A stretch of 64,000 nt of DNA from a virus (Duplodnaviria > Caudoviricetes), in IMG/VR virus record IMGVR_UViG_3300033072_001201, positions 1 through 64,000 of that record. One strand, given 5' to 3'. A program made the translations under genes and the position numbers. Positions 63,868-64,000 of this stretch are shown piece by piece (positions within the stretch are counted from its first letter, which is position 1; every line of letters begins with the position of its first letter). The notes below the pieces were generated by a model. That model did not search any database, had not been told where the DNA came from, and was given only the letters and a program-made list of their open reading frames with translations.

Positions 63868-64000
63868 TAGTTATTTTTATATTTTAATTAATTATTTATA
63901 TAATATGGTGCGGAATAATTAATTATATGTTTTAGAACAAGTATTATTTTATGTAGCCGGCAAGCACGAGCGCGAGGGCTGCGGCGAGCGGGCGCATGGT

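Noticed and set aside
1-64000. Stop-codon reassignment (code 15 or code 4)
   Set aside because: Long genes are intact in the standard code, and TAG and TGA end genes that abut or overlap the next ATG.

Overview
A 64-kb segment of a large, AT-rich lytic tailed phage (jumbo-phage-like) using the standard genetic code. Positions 1-55.4 kb are densely packed, nearly all + strand early/middle accessory genes driven by many sigma70-like promoters. They include RNA repair and modification enzymes (DRB0094/Rnl5-type RNA ligase, HAD phosphatase, two metallophosphoesterases, SpoU methylase, two radical SAM enzymes), rIIA/rIIB, a deaminase, a PRTase, a DUF3150-MoxR-VWA/metallopeptidase module and five free-standing homing endonucleases. 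Two clusters of tRNA and tRNA-like genes (1.35-2.0 kb and 38.4-41.5 kb) include two group I intron-containing tRNAs and several tRNAs with unusual insertions. After a repeat-rich non-coding region (51-56 kb) holding a GC-rich three-gene island, the - strand carries a late module: terminase large subunit, ERCC4 nuclease, methyltransferase, sigma factor, a probable virion protein and a spanin-like lipoprotein. The standout is at 26659-28635, where a retron-type reverse transcriptase is preceded by a tandem array of four retron-like ncRNA units that share a scaffold but carry different hairpins. Two proteins suggest a Verrucomicrobia (Opitutae) host, which is an inference from recalled family resemblance. 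All family calls are by eye from motifs; no database searches or folding software were run.
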